From NCBI GenBank assembly GCA_029887795.1, contig JARXPE010000001.1, positions 129,386-193,385 of the forward strand: a DNA stretch of 64,000 nt. Reading direction: 5' to 3'. The position numbers and the translations under genes are program-made. The notes under the pieces are model-generated. The model was not told the DNA's origin. It did no database searches and saw only the letters and a program-made list of their open reading frames with translations. Each line of letters opens with the position of its first letter. Within the stretch, counting starts at the first letter, position 1. This document shows positions 11,079 to 20,471 of the stretch, piece by piece. The stretch is from Thermoproteota archaeon (GTDB lineage Archaea; Thermoproteota; Methanomethylicia; Methanomethylicales; Methanomethylicaceae).

Positions 11079-12188
11079 TTGGTGGTCGATACGATAAAAC
11101 GAGAGGAGATCTGGAACATCTTAGAGGGTTACGACACAAAGCATATCACCGTAGGGTCCCTCGGCAGCCACTCTGCGCTCGATATTTCAGACGGGGCAAA
11201 GGACGAGGGGCTGAAAACAGTAGTGGTCTGCCAGAAGGGGAGGGAAGGACCTTATCTAAAGTACAGGAGAATTGTTGATGAGTGTATCGTGCTGGAGAAG
11301 TTCTCGATGATAGTTCAGGATGATGTGCAGAATAGATTGAGGAGGCTTAACACGATCTTCGTCCCGCACAGGGCGTTCTCCACCTACGTCCCGTATGAGG
11401 ATATTGAGGGCAAGTTCAATGTCCCGATCTTCGGGAACAGGTACATCCTCAGGGCTGAGGAGAGGGGTTGCGAGAGAAACCAATACTACCTGCTCGAAAA
11501 GGCAGGGATAAGGCAGCCAAAGAAGTTCAAGTCACCATCAGAGATAGATAGGCTCGCCATAGTAAAGGTTCAAGAGGCTAAGAGGAAGATAGAGCGGGCG
11601 TTCTTCACAGCAACCGACGAGAAGGACTTCTGGAAGAAGGCGAAAGAGAGAATAGCGAAGGGGGTGATAGGGGAGGAGGATGTAAGAAAAGCAGTCATAG
11701 AGGAGTTTGTCCTGGGCACGTATTTCAACTTCAATTACTTTTACTCGCCCCTGAGGGGAGAGGTCGAATTCATGGGGATCGATAGGAGGTTGCAGACCAA
11801 TTTATATGATTTTGTCTCACTTCCGGCAAGGCAGCAGTTGGAGGTAGACGTTGTTCTTCAGAACATTGAGATCGGGCACATGGGAGCGACTATAAGGGAG
11901 TCCATGCTCGAAAAGGTTTTTGAGATAGGGGAGAGGTTTGTCGAGGCTACAAAGATAGAGTACCCTCCGGGAATCATAGGACCATTCGCATTGCAAGGTG
12001 CGGTTACTAAGGATCAGGAGATAGTCATTTTTGATGTGTCCCCCAGGGTGCCAGGAAGCCCTGTGATAGGGACCACAAGCCCGTACACCAAGTACGCATA
12101 TGGGATTCAGATGAGCGTGGGCAGAAGGATAGCCAAGGAGCTAAGGGAAGGAGCCGAGACTGGAAGACTGAAGGAGCTGGTGACTTGA
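11079..12188 (+). CDS. PurP-family ATP-grasp protein (PurP paralog)
   Basis: SLGSHSALD, FVPH, FGNR, GIIGPFALQ; start placed at TTG downstream of a TATA-like TTTTAAAA at 11051-11058. Confidence 0.85.
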   Translation: MVVDTIKREEIWNILEGYDTKHITVGSLGSHSALDISDGAKDEGLKTVVVCQKGREGPYLKYRRIVDECIVLEKFSMIVQDDVQNRLRRLNTIFVPHRAFSTYVPYEDIEGKFNVPIFGNRYILRAEERGCERNQYYLLEKAGIRQPKKFKSPSEIDRLAIVKVQEAKRKIERAFFTATDEKDFWKKAKERIAKGVIGEEDVRKAVIEEFVLGTYFNFNYFYSPLRGEVEFMGIDRRLQTNLYDFVSLPARQQLEVDVVLQNIEIGHMGATIRESMLEKVFEIGERFVEATKIEYPPGIIGPFALQGAVTKDQEIVIFDVSPRVPGSPVIGTTSPYTKYAYGIQMSVGRRIAKELREGAETGRLKELVT

Positions 12189-13222
12189 TGGGCTGCATAG
12201 CAACCATAGGATCCCACTCAGCACTCCAGATCCTTAAGGGAGCGAGAATGGAGGGGTTAAAAACCCTACTCCTTTGTCCCCAGGGAAGGGAAAGCCTGTA
12301 TGGAAGATATGGGCTTGCCGACGAAATATTCACGATTAATGGTCCAGAGGATCTATTGCAGGACAAGGTGCAACGGGAGCTTCTCAAGAATGAGGCGATC
12401 TTCGTTCCTCATGGGACCCTCATCTCTGGCGGGCGTTTGGAAGAGTTTGAAAAGAATTTCAGACCACCGATATTTGGTAACAGGCGGATATTTAGGTGGG
12501 AGTTTGACCGGGCTCTGAAGGACCGCATCCTGAGGGAGGCTGGCATAAGGATACCTAAGAAGTTCGATTCTGTAGATGACGTAGATAGACCTGTCATCGT
12601 AAAACTTCCAGGCGCAGAGGGCGGAAGAGGGTACTTCATAGCAAAGGATGGGGACGACCTCGAGAGGAAAATGAGAGAGGTCGTGAGGAGGGGGCTTTTG
12701 AAGGAGGATGAGGCGAATAAGGCATTCATTCAGGAGTACATCATTGGAGTGACCATCTACCCACATTACTTTTACTCGCCCATGCTTGGAAGGCTAGAGC
12801 TGCTTGGGTGCGACAGAAGGTACGAGACCAACGTCGATGGTATAGGCAGGATATGTGCCAGAGACCAGCTGGAGCTTGACCTGATACCTACGTTCAGAGT
12901 GATCGGGAACCTACCCATTGTGCTGAGAGAATCGCTCCTCTCAGAGGTCTTCGAAGCGGGCGAGAGGTTCGTAGCTGCCACAGAGAGGCTTGTCCCACCC
13001 GGCATGATAGGGCCATTTTGTCTAGAGATGATATGTGATGAAGATGGGAAGCTATACACGTTCGAATTCTCGGGAAGGATCGTGGCAGGCACAAACCTCT
13101 TCATTGATGGATCCCCCTACAGCAGCCTTCTCTTCGACGAGCCTATGAGCATGGGGAGGAGGATCTGCAGGGAGATAAAGTTGGCACTAGTGGAGGGGAA
13201 AATAGGTAAGATAACCACCTAG
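12185..13222 (+). CDS. purP: FAICAR synthetase PurP
   Basis: ATIGSHSALQIL, VPHG, GAEGGRGYF, DRRYETN, GPFCLE, RIVAGTN. Confidence 0.88.
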   Translation: MMGCIATIGSHSALQILKGARMEGLKTLLLCPQGRESLYGRYGLADEIFTINGPEDLLQDKVQRELLKNEAIFVPHGTLISGGRLEEFEKNFRPPIFGNRRIFRWEFDRALKDRILREAGIRIPKKFDSVDDVDRPVIVKLPGAEGGRGYFIAKDGDDLERKMREVVRRGLLKEDEANKAFIQEYIIGVTIYPHYFYSPMLGRLELLGCDRRYETNVDGIGRICARDQLELDLIPTFRVIGNLPIVLRESLLSEVFEAGERFVAATERLVPPGMIGPFCLEMICDEDGKLYTFEFSGRIVAGTNLFIDGSPYSSLLFDEPMSMGRRICREIKLALVEGKIGKITT

Positions 13223-13231
13223 CGGGCGATT

Positions 13232-13933
13232 GTGTTGTACCACATTAGGTGTAAGAAGGGAGAGGTAGCAGAAAGGGTAATAGTGTGCGGGGATCCAGGA
13301 AGGACTAAGAGGGTAGCGGAGCTTTTGAAGGAGCCAAAGCTCGTAAACGAGAATAGGGGGCTCCTGACGTTCACAGGCAAGTACAAGGATGTAGAGGTGA
13401 CGGTCTCAACAACGGGAATGGGCACACCCTCTGCAGCCATTGTAATGGAAGAGCTGGCGGCTTTGGGTGCGAAGTATGTAATAAGGGTCGGCACGACAGG
13501 CGGGATCAGAAGAGATGTGGAGCTTGGCGACATAATAGTGCCAACAAGGGCCGAGCCCTTGGACGGGGCGTCTAGAGCTTATATCAAGAAGGGAGGCAAG
13601 ACCGTTGCGGACGAAGAGATGGTCAGAATTTTGGTCAAGAATCTTGAAGGAAGCAGATACCACGTCGGACCAATTTGCACCAGCGACACTTTTTATCTAG
13701 AAGAGGAGGAGGACGCGAGTTATTGGGCATCAAGAGGGGTACTGAGCTTCGAAATGGAGTGCTCAGTTATATTTGCAATAGGGTCGTTGAGGGGATACAG
13801 GGCAGCCGCCGTTCTGACCGTCACGGGAAAGATCTTCGGAAAGGGGGATAGGGTGCTTGACACTACGACAACCACAACGGGTGTCGAGAGAAGCATAAGG
13901 GCGGCTTTGGAGACATTGAATTTAATAAAATGA
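13232..13933 (+). CDS. Nucleoside phosphorylase (PNP/UDP family)
   Basis: CGDPGR, ENRG, GMGTPS, IRVGTTGG, SDTFY, EMECS. Confidence 0.9.
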   Translation: MLYHIRCKKGEVAERVIVCGDPGRTKRVAELLKEPKLVNENRGLLTFTGKYKDVEVTVSTTGMGTPSAAIVMEELAALGAKYVIRVGTTGGIRRDVELGDIIVPTRAEPLDGASRAYIKKGGKTVADEEMVRILVKNLEGSRYHVGPICTSDTFYLEEEEDASYWASRGVLSFEMECSVIFAIGSLRGYRAAAVLTVTGKIFGKGDRVLDTTTTTTGVERSIRAALETLNLIK

Positions 13934-14084
13934 TTCACCATGAAAAATTGATTTATGCGTTTAAAAAACAAAATTATCGGGTTCACTACAAATGATATAA
14001 GAAAAGAACCAGCGTTTTCTTTGACTGATAGAACAAGATTGAAAAATGGCTTTCAATACTTTGATGTAGAAGGGTACAAGATAC

Positions 14085-14092
14085 ATTAAAAG
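14085..14092 (+). promoter_or_regulatory. Putative TATA box for the structured RNA element
   Basis: ATTAAAAG at about -31 to -24 relative to 14116, the first base of the terminal stem. Confidence 0.4.
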
Positions 14093-14115
14093 AAGGAGGA
14101 GCACATTATATTAAC

Positions 14116-14372
14116 GCCGCAGTTGAGGTCGAAGCGAGCCTGTAACGGCACCGAAGCAAAGCAGTTCGGTCCGTGACCCTTCGGGGAAACGGATCGGACG
14201 AGGTTGCGTAGGTGCAACGGACAGGATGCAGGGCGAGGACGATCCAGGGCGTCAGGACAAAATCGGACGCCACGACCGCGGGAAGCCTTGCATGGGAAGG
14301 TCGGAAGGAAAGGCTCTGCCATGGGGGGCCTGGAATTCTGGCTTTCTCCTCAAGGTCGGCCTCAACTGCGGT
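14116..14372 (+). ncRNA. Unassigned structured RNA (~257 nt)
   Basis: 17-bp terminal helix (14116-14132 / 14356-14372, two G-U pairs), several internal hairpins including cUUCGg, GC-rich island in AT-rich intergenic DNA, T-tracts downstream. Confidence 0.7.
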
Positions 14373-14478
14373 CTCTATTTTGGGAAATCAATTTTTTCAG
14401 TATTACTATATGCGTTGGATGTTTTAAAAGGGTTAAAGATTAAGATTAATAGATTCGGTCTAAAGGAGAGTTAAACGC

Positions 14479-14883
14479 TTGAAGTCTCATAAGTACTATC
14501 TTAAACTTTCGGAAGAAATAAAGTCGTTAGTGGATGCCATAAACTTTGGGACCTCCTTAGTCATAGTAGAGGGGCAGAATGATGAGATCGCGTTGAGGGA
14601 ATTCGGTTTAAAAACGCCAGTATTGAGATTCAGAGGCCTCGGGTATTCAGAGACATTCTTCATTGAAGAAGTCTCCAAAGAATATAGGGGAAGGAGTGTA
14701 GCAGTAATTTTGGACTTTGATGAGGAGGGTATAAAGATGGCGGACCGCATAAGCAGAGAGCTTGAAGAGAGAGGCGTAAAGGTACAACATTATTTTAGAA
14801 GGGCCTTCAAGGAAGTCCTCTTAAGAGAGGGCGTAAGGCATGTGGAGGAGATAAAGGCGATAAGAGAAAAGGCACTCTTTTAG
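14479..14883 (+). CDS. Small stand-alone Toprim-domain protein (RNase M5/primase-like)
   Basis: VIVEGQND and ILDFDEEG toprim motifs, 134 aa. Confidence 0.85.
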   Translation: MKSHKYYLKLSEEIKSLVDAINFGTSLVIVEGQNDEIALREFGLKTPVLRFRGLGYSETFFIEEVSKEYRGRSVAVILDFDEEGIKMADRISRELEERGVKVQHYFRRAFKEVLLREGVRHVEEIKAIREKALF

Positions 14884-14921
14884 GACGAGTGAGCCCATTT
14901 ATATTTGCAGCTTTAATAGGA

Positions 14922-15515
14922 ATGAGAATGGAGAGGTCAACAGAGTTGGTCCAGGTAGGATTTGAGCCAAAGATTGTGTTCATTTGCCCCCTTTGTGGTA
15001 AGGAGGTTGAGGTAATATATGAGAGGGGGAGGGGGGGATGGACCTCGGAGCATGCCAACTGTCTCAATTTCACAGTCCTTAGAACCCTGCCCATTAGTCA
15101 GCCAGCAACTTATGGACCATTAGTTTTCATAGCCTTGGAGTCGGATTTTTCTGTTATGGAGGCTGTTGAAAAACTTAGGGAGGTTTTGGGCGAGGAGGTA
15201 GACACGTTCAAGAGGCAGAAGTTGGAGGCGGGAATTAAAAGACTCGAGTCGAGGCGGGGTTTCGCAGAGAAGAACATTCAGCGCATTCTGGAGGCCATAA
15301 GGTCCGGGGCTTTTGGGCTGAAGATACTTTCGGGCAAGGATACTTGGGCAGGTGTTTGGAGGGCAGGGGAGAAGTTTTTTGGGATAGCACTCTCCGGAAA
15401 TAGGCTGCTGAAGAGGGAGGAAGCTATTCTGGCGACCACTAGCCAAGAGGAATTGCAGAGGTTTGTAGAGTACTGGCTGCATTACTGGGAAGGTGGAAGA
15501 GCTGTATCGGAATAG
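14922..15515 (+). CDS. Hypothetical protein with N-terminal CPLCG zinc-ribbon-like motif
   Basis: CPLC...H..C; TATA-like TTTATATT at ~14898; codon style matches neighbours. Confidence 0.6.
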   Translation: MRMERSTELVQVGFEPKIVFICPLCGKEVEVIYERGRGGWTSEHANCLNFTVLRTLPISQPATYGPLVFIALESDFSVMEAVEKLREVLGEEVDTFKRQKLEAGIKRLESRRGFAEKNIQRILEAIRSGAFGLKILSGKDTWAGVWRAGEKFFGIALSGNRLLKREEAILATTSQEELQRFVEYWLHYWEGGRAVSE

Positions 15516-15701
15516 TTTTTGAAATTGGTGGATGCATACCTCCTTCGCTCGCAGAGGATTCCTCCGGAAGGATTGATAAAGTTACAAGTTGAGCTGATAG
15601 ATACATCAGGTTATTGGTAGTGCCTGAACTTTGAACCTATTGATTCATGACCTCCCATCAGCCTTAAACTAAAAAATTTTAAAGGGCGATATTTAGAGAA
15701 A

Positions 15702-16244
15702 GTGACAGAAAGGACAGGAAAAGAACATAAAAAGAAGGTTAAGAAAGTGTATAGTAGCTATACCATCAGAGAGTTCAGACCGGAAGACATTGACGCCGTT
15801 ATGACTATTAATAAAGTTTGTCTTCCAGAAAATTACTCCCCTGCCTTCTTTTTGGAACACCACTATGAGAACCCAAAGATATTCTTGGTTGCAGAGGCGG
15901 ATGGCAAGGTCGTTGGTTACAACATGTGTAGGATCGAGTTTGGTATATCAAATCTTAGAACAGCTTTTGCAAAAAAAGGGCACGTTATATCGATTGCCGT
16001 GATGAAGGAGTACAGAAATAGAGGTATCGGGTACAACCTCATGATTGAGGGTATAAAGAGGGTTCGCGAGTGCGGGGCGACGGAGATATACTTGGAGGTA
16101 AGGGTCAGCAATAAGCCCGCCATAGAGTTGTATCGGAAGCTTGGATTCAAGGCGAGCAGGATTATCGAGGCTTACTACAGGGACGGGGAGGATGCATATC
16201 TAATGGTTAAGGACCTCTCGGGAGTCTCAGAGTTCGGACTCTAG
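15702..16244 (+). CDS. rimI: N-alpha-acetyltransferase Ard1/RimI
   Basis: LPENY, GHVISIAV, RNRGIG, LEVRVSN, YYRDGEDAYLM. Confidence 0.92.
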   Translation: MTERTGKEHKKKVKKVYSSYTIREFRPEDIDAVMTINKVCLPENYSPAFFLEHHYENPKIFLVAEADGKVVGYNMCRIEFGISNLRTAFAKKGHVISIAVMKEYRNRGIGYNLMIEGIKRVRECGATEIYLEVRVSNKPAIELYRKLGFKASRIIEAYYRDGEDAYLMVKDLSGVSEFGL

Positions 16245-16297
16245 TTGATAGCATGTTTATCAAGTGCAAAACCACACAAAAATTGACTAAAAGCAAG

Positions 16298-16360
16298 AAG
16301 TAAAATAAAAGTAAAAACGTAAATGTAAAAATGTAAAAAGTAAAAATAAAAAAGAAAAAG
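16298..16360 (-). terminator. Periodic oligo-T tract (GTAAAA-like units on +) after rpoK; likely terminator
   Basis: Repeated TTTTAC units on the - strand directly 3' of rpoK. Confidence 0.5.
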
Positions 16361-16361
16361 A

Positions 16362-16619
16362 TTATTGGTTTTTGAGGAGCCATTTCAGTGGAATGTCTTG
16401 GTATCTTCCGTCTGGAAGTTTCCGCCTTATAGTTATGGGGAGAACGCCCATCTTGAGTTCCTGTTCCGCGATCTCCAAAGGTGTCTTCCCAGTGGTCTCA
16501 ATTAGAGGTGGAGCACCCATAGAGATCTGAAGTGCCCGGGCTCCAAGTACCCGGGCCCTCTCGAACCTAGTCATCACTTCTGGACCTAGTATCTGTCGGC
16601 TCTCACTCTCTGGACTCAA
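16362..16619 (-). CDS. rpoK: DNA-directed RNA polymerase subunit K (Rpo6)
   Basis: [29 protein letters not shown]. Confidence 0.95.
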   Translation of the reverse strand: MSPESESRQILGPEVMTRFERARVLGARALQISMGAPPLIETTGKTPLEIAEQELKMGVLPITIRRKLPDGRYQDIPLKWLLKNQ

Positions 16620-18271
16620 CTCATTCCGCCCATTCCTGAATATCCTTCTTCGCCACCCTCGCCCCTCTTCTCCTTCTCTTCCTTCTCTTTCTTGGGCGCG
16701 GCAGCGGCGATGATATCATCTATCTTCAGGAGGGTTATAGCTGCTTCGGTCGCCGACTTTATGGCTTGCTTTTTAACACTTGCAGGTTCGAAGATGTTCT
16801 CTTTAGCCATGTCAACGACTTTGCCTGTAAAGACGTTTACGCCAGCGTATTTTTCGCCTCTAGCGTGGGCGGACCTGAGCTCGACGAGTATGTCTACAGG
16901 GTCGAGACCTGAGTTCTCGGCCAGTGTTGTCGGTATCTCCTCCATAGCCTCGGCGAACTTGAGGATCGCCAATTGCTCCCTGCCGCTGAAGGACTTGGCG
17001 TAGTCCCTGAGGTTGGTGGCGATCTCCTCCTCTGGTGCGCCTCCGCCTGGGACCAGCCATGGATCCTGGATTACATTTCTCACAACGCACTTTGCGTCAT
17101 GGAGTGAACGTTCTGCTTCATCGACGAATCGGTCAGTTCCACCCCTGACCAGTATTGTCACGGCCTTGGGGTTCTTGCAGCCCTCAACGAAAACCATTTT
17201 GTCCTTCCCGACGCGCCTCTCCTCAACGAGTTTTGCGTAGCCAAGGTCCTTTGGTGTGAGGTCGTCAATGGTCGTAACTATCCTTGCACCGCAGGCTTTA
17301 GCTAGATTCTCAATATCAGACCTCTTGGCGCGTCTTACGGCGGCAATGCCCTTCTTCGCTAGATAGTGCTGGGCTATGTCGTCGATGCCTTTTTGGACAA
17401 CGACGAAGTTTGCGCCAGTTGCGGCAATCTTGTCCACCATTCCCTTCAGCATTGCGGCTTCTTCGTCAAGGAAGCTCTTCATCTGTTCGGGGGAGGTTAT
17501 GTTTATCTTTGCGGTGATCTCTGTCTTCTCAATCTCGAGTGGGCAGTCAAGTATGGCTACCTTAGCGTCTTCGATCCTCTTCGGCATTCCTGGATGGACG
17601 ATCTCCTTATCTAGAACGATCCCGTGGATAAGCTGAGTTTCGTCGAGAGATTCGCCTTTCTTCTTCTCAAGCTTAATGTTGTCAAGGTCAACCTTGTACT
17701 TATCACCCACCTTCTCAGCTACGGACAGTGCGCCTTCCACTATAAGTTCGGCAAGCCTCTCAAAGTGACCCGCAACTACGCTCTTTCCGCTCAGGGTGGT
17801 TATTGCGACGTCCTTGAGCTTTTTCTTGTCAGTCGGTTCAACCTTTATTGCCATGTTGTCGATAATGGATAGCGCCTTCTCCATTGCCTTCTTGTAGCCT
17901 TCGATGATGACTGTCGGATGAATCTCTTGATCAAGTAGGTCCTCCGCCTTCCTGAGCAGTGCTCCGGCGAGAACCATGGCAGTGGTGGTTCCGTCCCCCA
18001 CCTCGGTATCCTGTGCCTTTGCGACCTCAACCATCATCTTCGCAGCTGGGTGCTGCACATCCATTTCTTTTACAATGGTAGCGCCGTCGTTGCTGATGGT
18101 AACGTCACCGAAGCTACTCACGAGCATTTTGTCCATCCCTTTTGGACCTAGGGAGGACCTGATAGCCTCGGCGAGCGTCACGGCAGCCATTATGTTTGCC
18201 CTTTGGGCATCTCTTCCCGTCGTCCTTGAGGTTCCCTCTTTTAATACCAATACTGGTAAACTCTGCGCCAT
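16616..18271 (-). CDS. ths: Thermosome (group II chaperonin) subunit
   Basis: [29 protein letters not shown]-terminal GMGGM. Confidence 0.97.
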   Translation of the reverse strand: MAQSLPVLVLKEGTSRTTGRDAQRANIMAAVTLAEAIRSSLGPKGMDKMLVSSFGDVTISNDGATIVKEMDVQHPAAKMMVEVAKAQDTEVGDGTTTAMVLAGALLRKAEDLLDQEIHPTVIIEGYKKAMEKALSIIDNMAIKVEPTDKKKLKDVAITTLSGKSVVAGHFERLAELIVEGALSVAEKVGDKYKVDLDNIKLEKKKGESLDETQLIHGIVLDKEIVHPGMPKRIEDAKVAILDCPLEIEKTEITAKINITSPEQMKSFLDEEAAMLKGMVDKIAATGANFVVVQKGIDDIAQHYLAKKGIAAVRRAKRSDIENLAKACGARIVTTIDDLTPKDLGYAKLVEERRVGKDKMVFVEGCKNPKAVTILVRGGTDRFVDEAERSLHDAKCVVRNVIQDPWLVPGGGAPEEEIATNLRDYAKSFSGREQLAILKFAEAMEEIPTTLAENSGLDPVDILVELRSAHARGEKYAGVNVFTGKVVDMAKENIFEPASVKKQAIKSATEAAITLLKIDDIIAAAAPKKEKEEKEKRGEGGEEGYSGMGGMS

Positions 18272-18387
18272 AACAGCATCCTCCAAATTCGCTAAAATTA
18301 ATTTCTTGAAAAAGACAGAAAGCACTTCTATATATGGTTTTCTCTGGAGGCATATTTTTATATTTGATGAAAGTTGAAGAATCCTTT

Positions 18388-18699
18388 ATGGTAAAAGAGG
18401 ATTTGAGAAATGCTGAACTGGCGAGCTTTATATTGGGTATTGTGGATGCTTACCTGTTATCGAGGAGGATTTTTGGCGAGCCTGTATTTCAGCTCCCATT
18501 CGAAGTCATGATCTTTTATCTGCCTTTAATATTATTGGTAACGTACTGTATTTATCTAAAAGAGAAAGCGAACCACCCTTCGCTGTCGCAAGGGGCTTCC
18601 TGCCATTCTGTTAAGGACGACAACTTCGTAATAATAGCCTTAATTAAGCTTATGATGTTGTTATTTAGTCTGAAGGTGACGATATTTAGAACATATTGA
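18388..18699 (+). CDS. Possible small membrane protein
   Basis: Hydrophobic segments and upstream TATA-like TTTTATAT, but overlaps the 3' end of the opposite gene. Confidence 0.3.
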   Translation: MVKEDLRNAELASFILGIVDAYLLSRRIFGEPVFQLPFEVMIFYLPLILLVTYCIYLKEKANHPSLSQGASCHSVKDDNFVIIALIKLMMLLFSLKVTIFRTY

Positions 18700-18969
18700 A
18701 CATAGTAGAAGAGAGGATTCTTCCGTGGAAATTGACGATTCAGCAAGCCTCTTTGCCGTAGCATTAATGACCTCCAAGAGCTCGTTTGGTATTTTTTTCT
18801 TGACACCTCTTTCCATAGATAGGTAACGACTCATCGCAGACTGGCTTAAACCCAACTTCTTTGCAGCGGCAGTCTGTGTATAACCGTATTCTTCTACGAG
18901 TTTCTTGGCCAGTATGGATCGGATAGTAGGTAAAAAGTATCTAGAGATATATTCACAAGGAGCTTTCAA
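18661..18969 (-). CDS. HTH transcriptional regulator (COG2522-like)
   Basis: PCE...LPTIR...TQTAAAKKLGLSQSAMSRYLS..RG and C-terminal CxxC. Confidence 0.8.
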   Translation of the reverse strand: MKAPCEYISRYFLPTIRSILAKKLVEEYGYTQTAAAKKLGLSQSAMSRYLSMERGVKKKIPNELLEVINATAKRLAESSISTEESSLLLCSICSKYRHLQTK

Positions 18970-19408
18970 TTCGATCCCCTTTATTTGTTGGGTGAATGAC
19001 CCTTAAAGCTTGTGCTAATGGATGACCCTTGCAGGTAAGTGAGAAAATCTTCTCCCATCCAAAGGGCGCTTTAAAAGCTTGAAGCCCAAACTTGTGAATG
19101 CGTGACTTTATTTCGTCTATAATTTTAATTGCGGTGAGAGGATCTGCAAGATCGTTTGATAGGTGAGAGAAGGGAAAAAGAACGACTTCTTTCTTTCCGA
19201 TGCGCTTCAACATTCTCACAATTTCTGAGGAGGCAAGATTTGCGGTCTCATAGACAGATGATGCATCTATTTTTTCAACAGTAATAAAGACAACCAACGC
19301 GTCTCTGACAGAGCAATCACTACATTTTTCTTCAAGCGGTTCTGCGAATTTTGTGGGAGACACTACTGAATAATAAAAATTATCACAATGTAAAAATAAC
19401 ATGCGCAT
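18953..19408 (-). CDS. Free-standing archaeal threonyl-tRNA synthetase editing domain
   Basis: MLFLHCD, VFITVE, PFSHLS, APFGW.K, CKGHPLA. Confidence 0.85.
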   Translation of the reverse strand: MRMLFLHCDNFYYSVVSPTKFAEPLEEKCSDCSVRDALVVFITVEKIDASSVYETANLASSEIVRMLKRIGKKEVVLFPFSHLSNDLADPLTAIKIIDEIKSRIHKFGLQAFKAPFGWEKIFSLTCKGHPLAQALRVIHPTNKGDRIESSL

Positions 19409-19508
19409 GTTGGTAACCCCCCATGTCCAGAGAACAACACATCCTCGCAATCAATACCCGGAGTTTGTTACATGCTTTGCATGACCGCATTTAATCCACC
19501 GCTATCTA

Positions 19509-19581
19509 AGCCAGGGTGAGGATTTGAACCTCAGTGTAGCGGGTCTGCAGCCCGCCGCCTAAACCGCTCGGCCACCCTGGC
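19509..19581 (-). tRNA. tRNA-Cys (GCA), no intron, CCA not encoded
   Basis: GCCAGGG/CCCTGGC acceptor stem, U discriminator, anticodon loop CTGCAGA, GGTTCAAATCC T-arm. Confidence 0.95.
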
Positions 19582-19584
19582 ATT

Positions 19585-19611
19585 TTTAATTATGACGCTG
19601 TCATAATTAAA
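19585..19611. promoter_or_regulatory. Perfect 12-bp inverted repeat over the tRNA-Cys promoter
   Basis: TTTAATTATGAC-gct-GTCATAATTAAA. Confidence 0.55.
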
Positions 19612-19641
19612 CTTTTCTGCATTTAAAGCAAAAGAATGGAT

Positions 19642-20409
19642 TTAGGTTTTTGATGCCAACCGTGAGATCAGAACCGCGGCGATCCCTGCCCCCACCCCGT
19701 TATCGATATTCACGACAACAAGACCGGGTGTGCATGATTGGAGCATCGTTATTAGTGCGCCCTCGCCCTTCCCACCATAGCCATACCCAACCGAAGACGG
19801 TACGCCGATAACAATCCCCGAGAACAGGCTACTAAATATCGAGGGAAGTGCTCCCTCCATCCCCGCAACAACTATTGCCACCGCAACTTTATCTTCCATG
19901 CATTTTTTGGCTACAGGGAAGATCCTGTGGAGACCAGCTATTCCGACATCGTAAAAGGCAAGAGTTCTAAATCCCATCTCATTGATTACCGCAAGAGCCT
20001 CCTCGGCAACAGGAAGGTCTGCGCTTCCGGCGGTTATAATGGCAATGGGAGGATCCTTCAGAGGTGGCGCTTCGCCTGTCCTTATGGAGACGATGCGCCC
20101 TTTCTCGTAGTAGATGGTTTTAGCCTTCTCCGAGAAGCTCTTTATTAGAAGGCGAGCTTGGGAAGGGGTTACCCTCGTGACTATGGCTAAGCCGTTCTCT
20201 TGAAGCAGTGATTTGACCGCGCTTAATAGTACTTCGTCAGATTTCCCCTCACCAAAGACCAATTCGGGAATCCCTTTCCTTAAATTTCTGGAGATGTCAA
20301 TGCAGGCACCCTCCATCTCCTTCAGAGCAAGTAGACGGATCTTTCTAGTAGCCTCTTCCACATCGATTTTTCCACTCTTTATTTGGTTGAGTATTTCGCT
20401 GATCTCCAA
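19642..20409 (-). CDS. larB: Nickel-pincer cofactor biosynthesis protein LarB
   Basis: R..RKGIPELVFGEGK, AGSADLPVAEEA, DVGIAGLHR, AGMEGALPS, SVGYG, VNIDNG. Confidence 0.93.
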   Translation of the reverse strand: MEISEILNQIKSGKIDVEEATRKIRLLALKEMEGACIDISRNLRKGIPELVFGEGKSDEVLLSAVKSLLQENGLAIVTRVTPSQARLLIKSFSEKAKTIYYEKGRIVSIRTGEAPPLKDPPIAIITAGSADLPVAEEALAVINEMGFRTLAFYDVGIAGLHRIFPVAKKCMEDKVAVAIVVAGMEGALPSIFSSLFSGIVIGVPSSVGYGYGGKGEGALITMLQSCTPGLVVVNIDNGVGAGIAAVLISRLASKT

Positions 20410-20471
20410 AGCCTACACCAATCAATAAATGATATATCGGTAATCACAAAAATGAAGTGTGGTGCTAATAT

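Noticed and set aside
11079-13222. Tandem purP paralogs as a novelty
   Set aside because: Paired PurP-family genes are already known in several archaeal lineages
14116-14372. Assignment as RNase P RNA, SRP RNA or cobalamin riboswitch
   Set aside because: The universally conserved motifs are absent; only short partial resemblances (GAGGACGAUCC, CCUGUAAC, GGGAAG) are present
14086-14474. Four short ORFs overlapping the structured element
   Set aside because: No recognisable domains or start signals; expected by chance in GC-rich DNA
15516-15700. Possible C/D-box sRNA or micro-ORF in the intergenic region
   Set aside because: Only imperfect box-like words and very short ORFs; not supportable
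18300-19581. Integrated mobile element at tRNA-Cys
   Set aside because: No integrase, and I saw no duplicated tRNA 3' end (att site)
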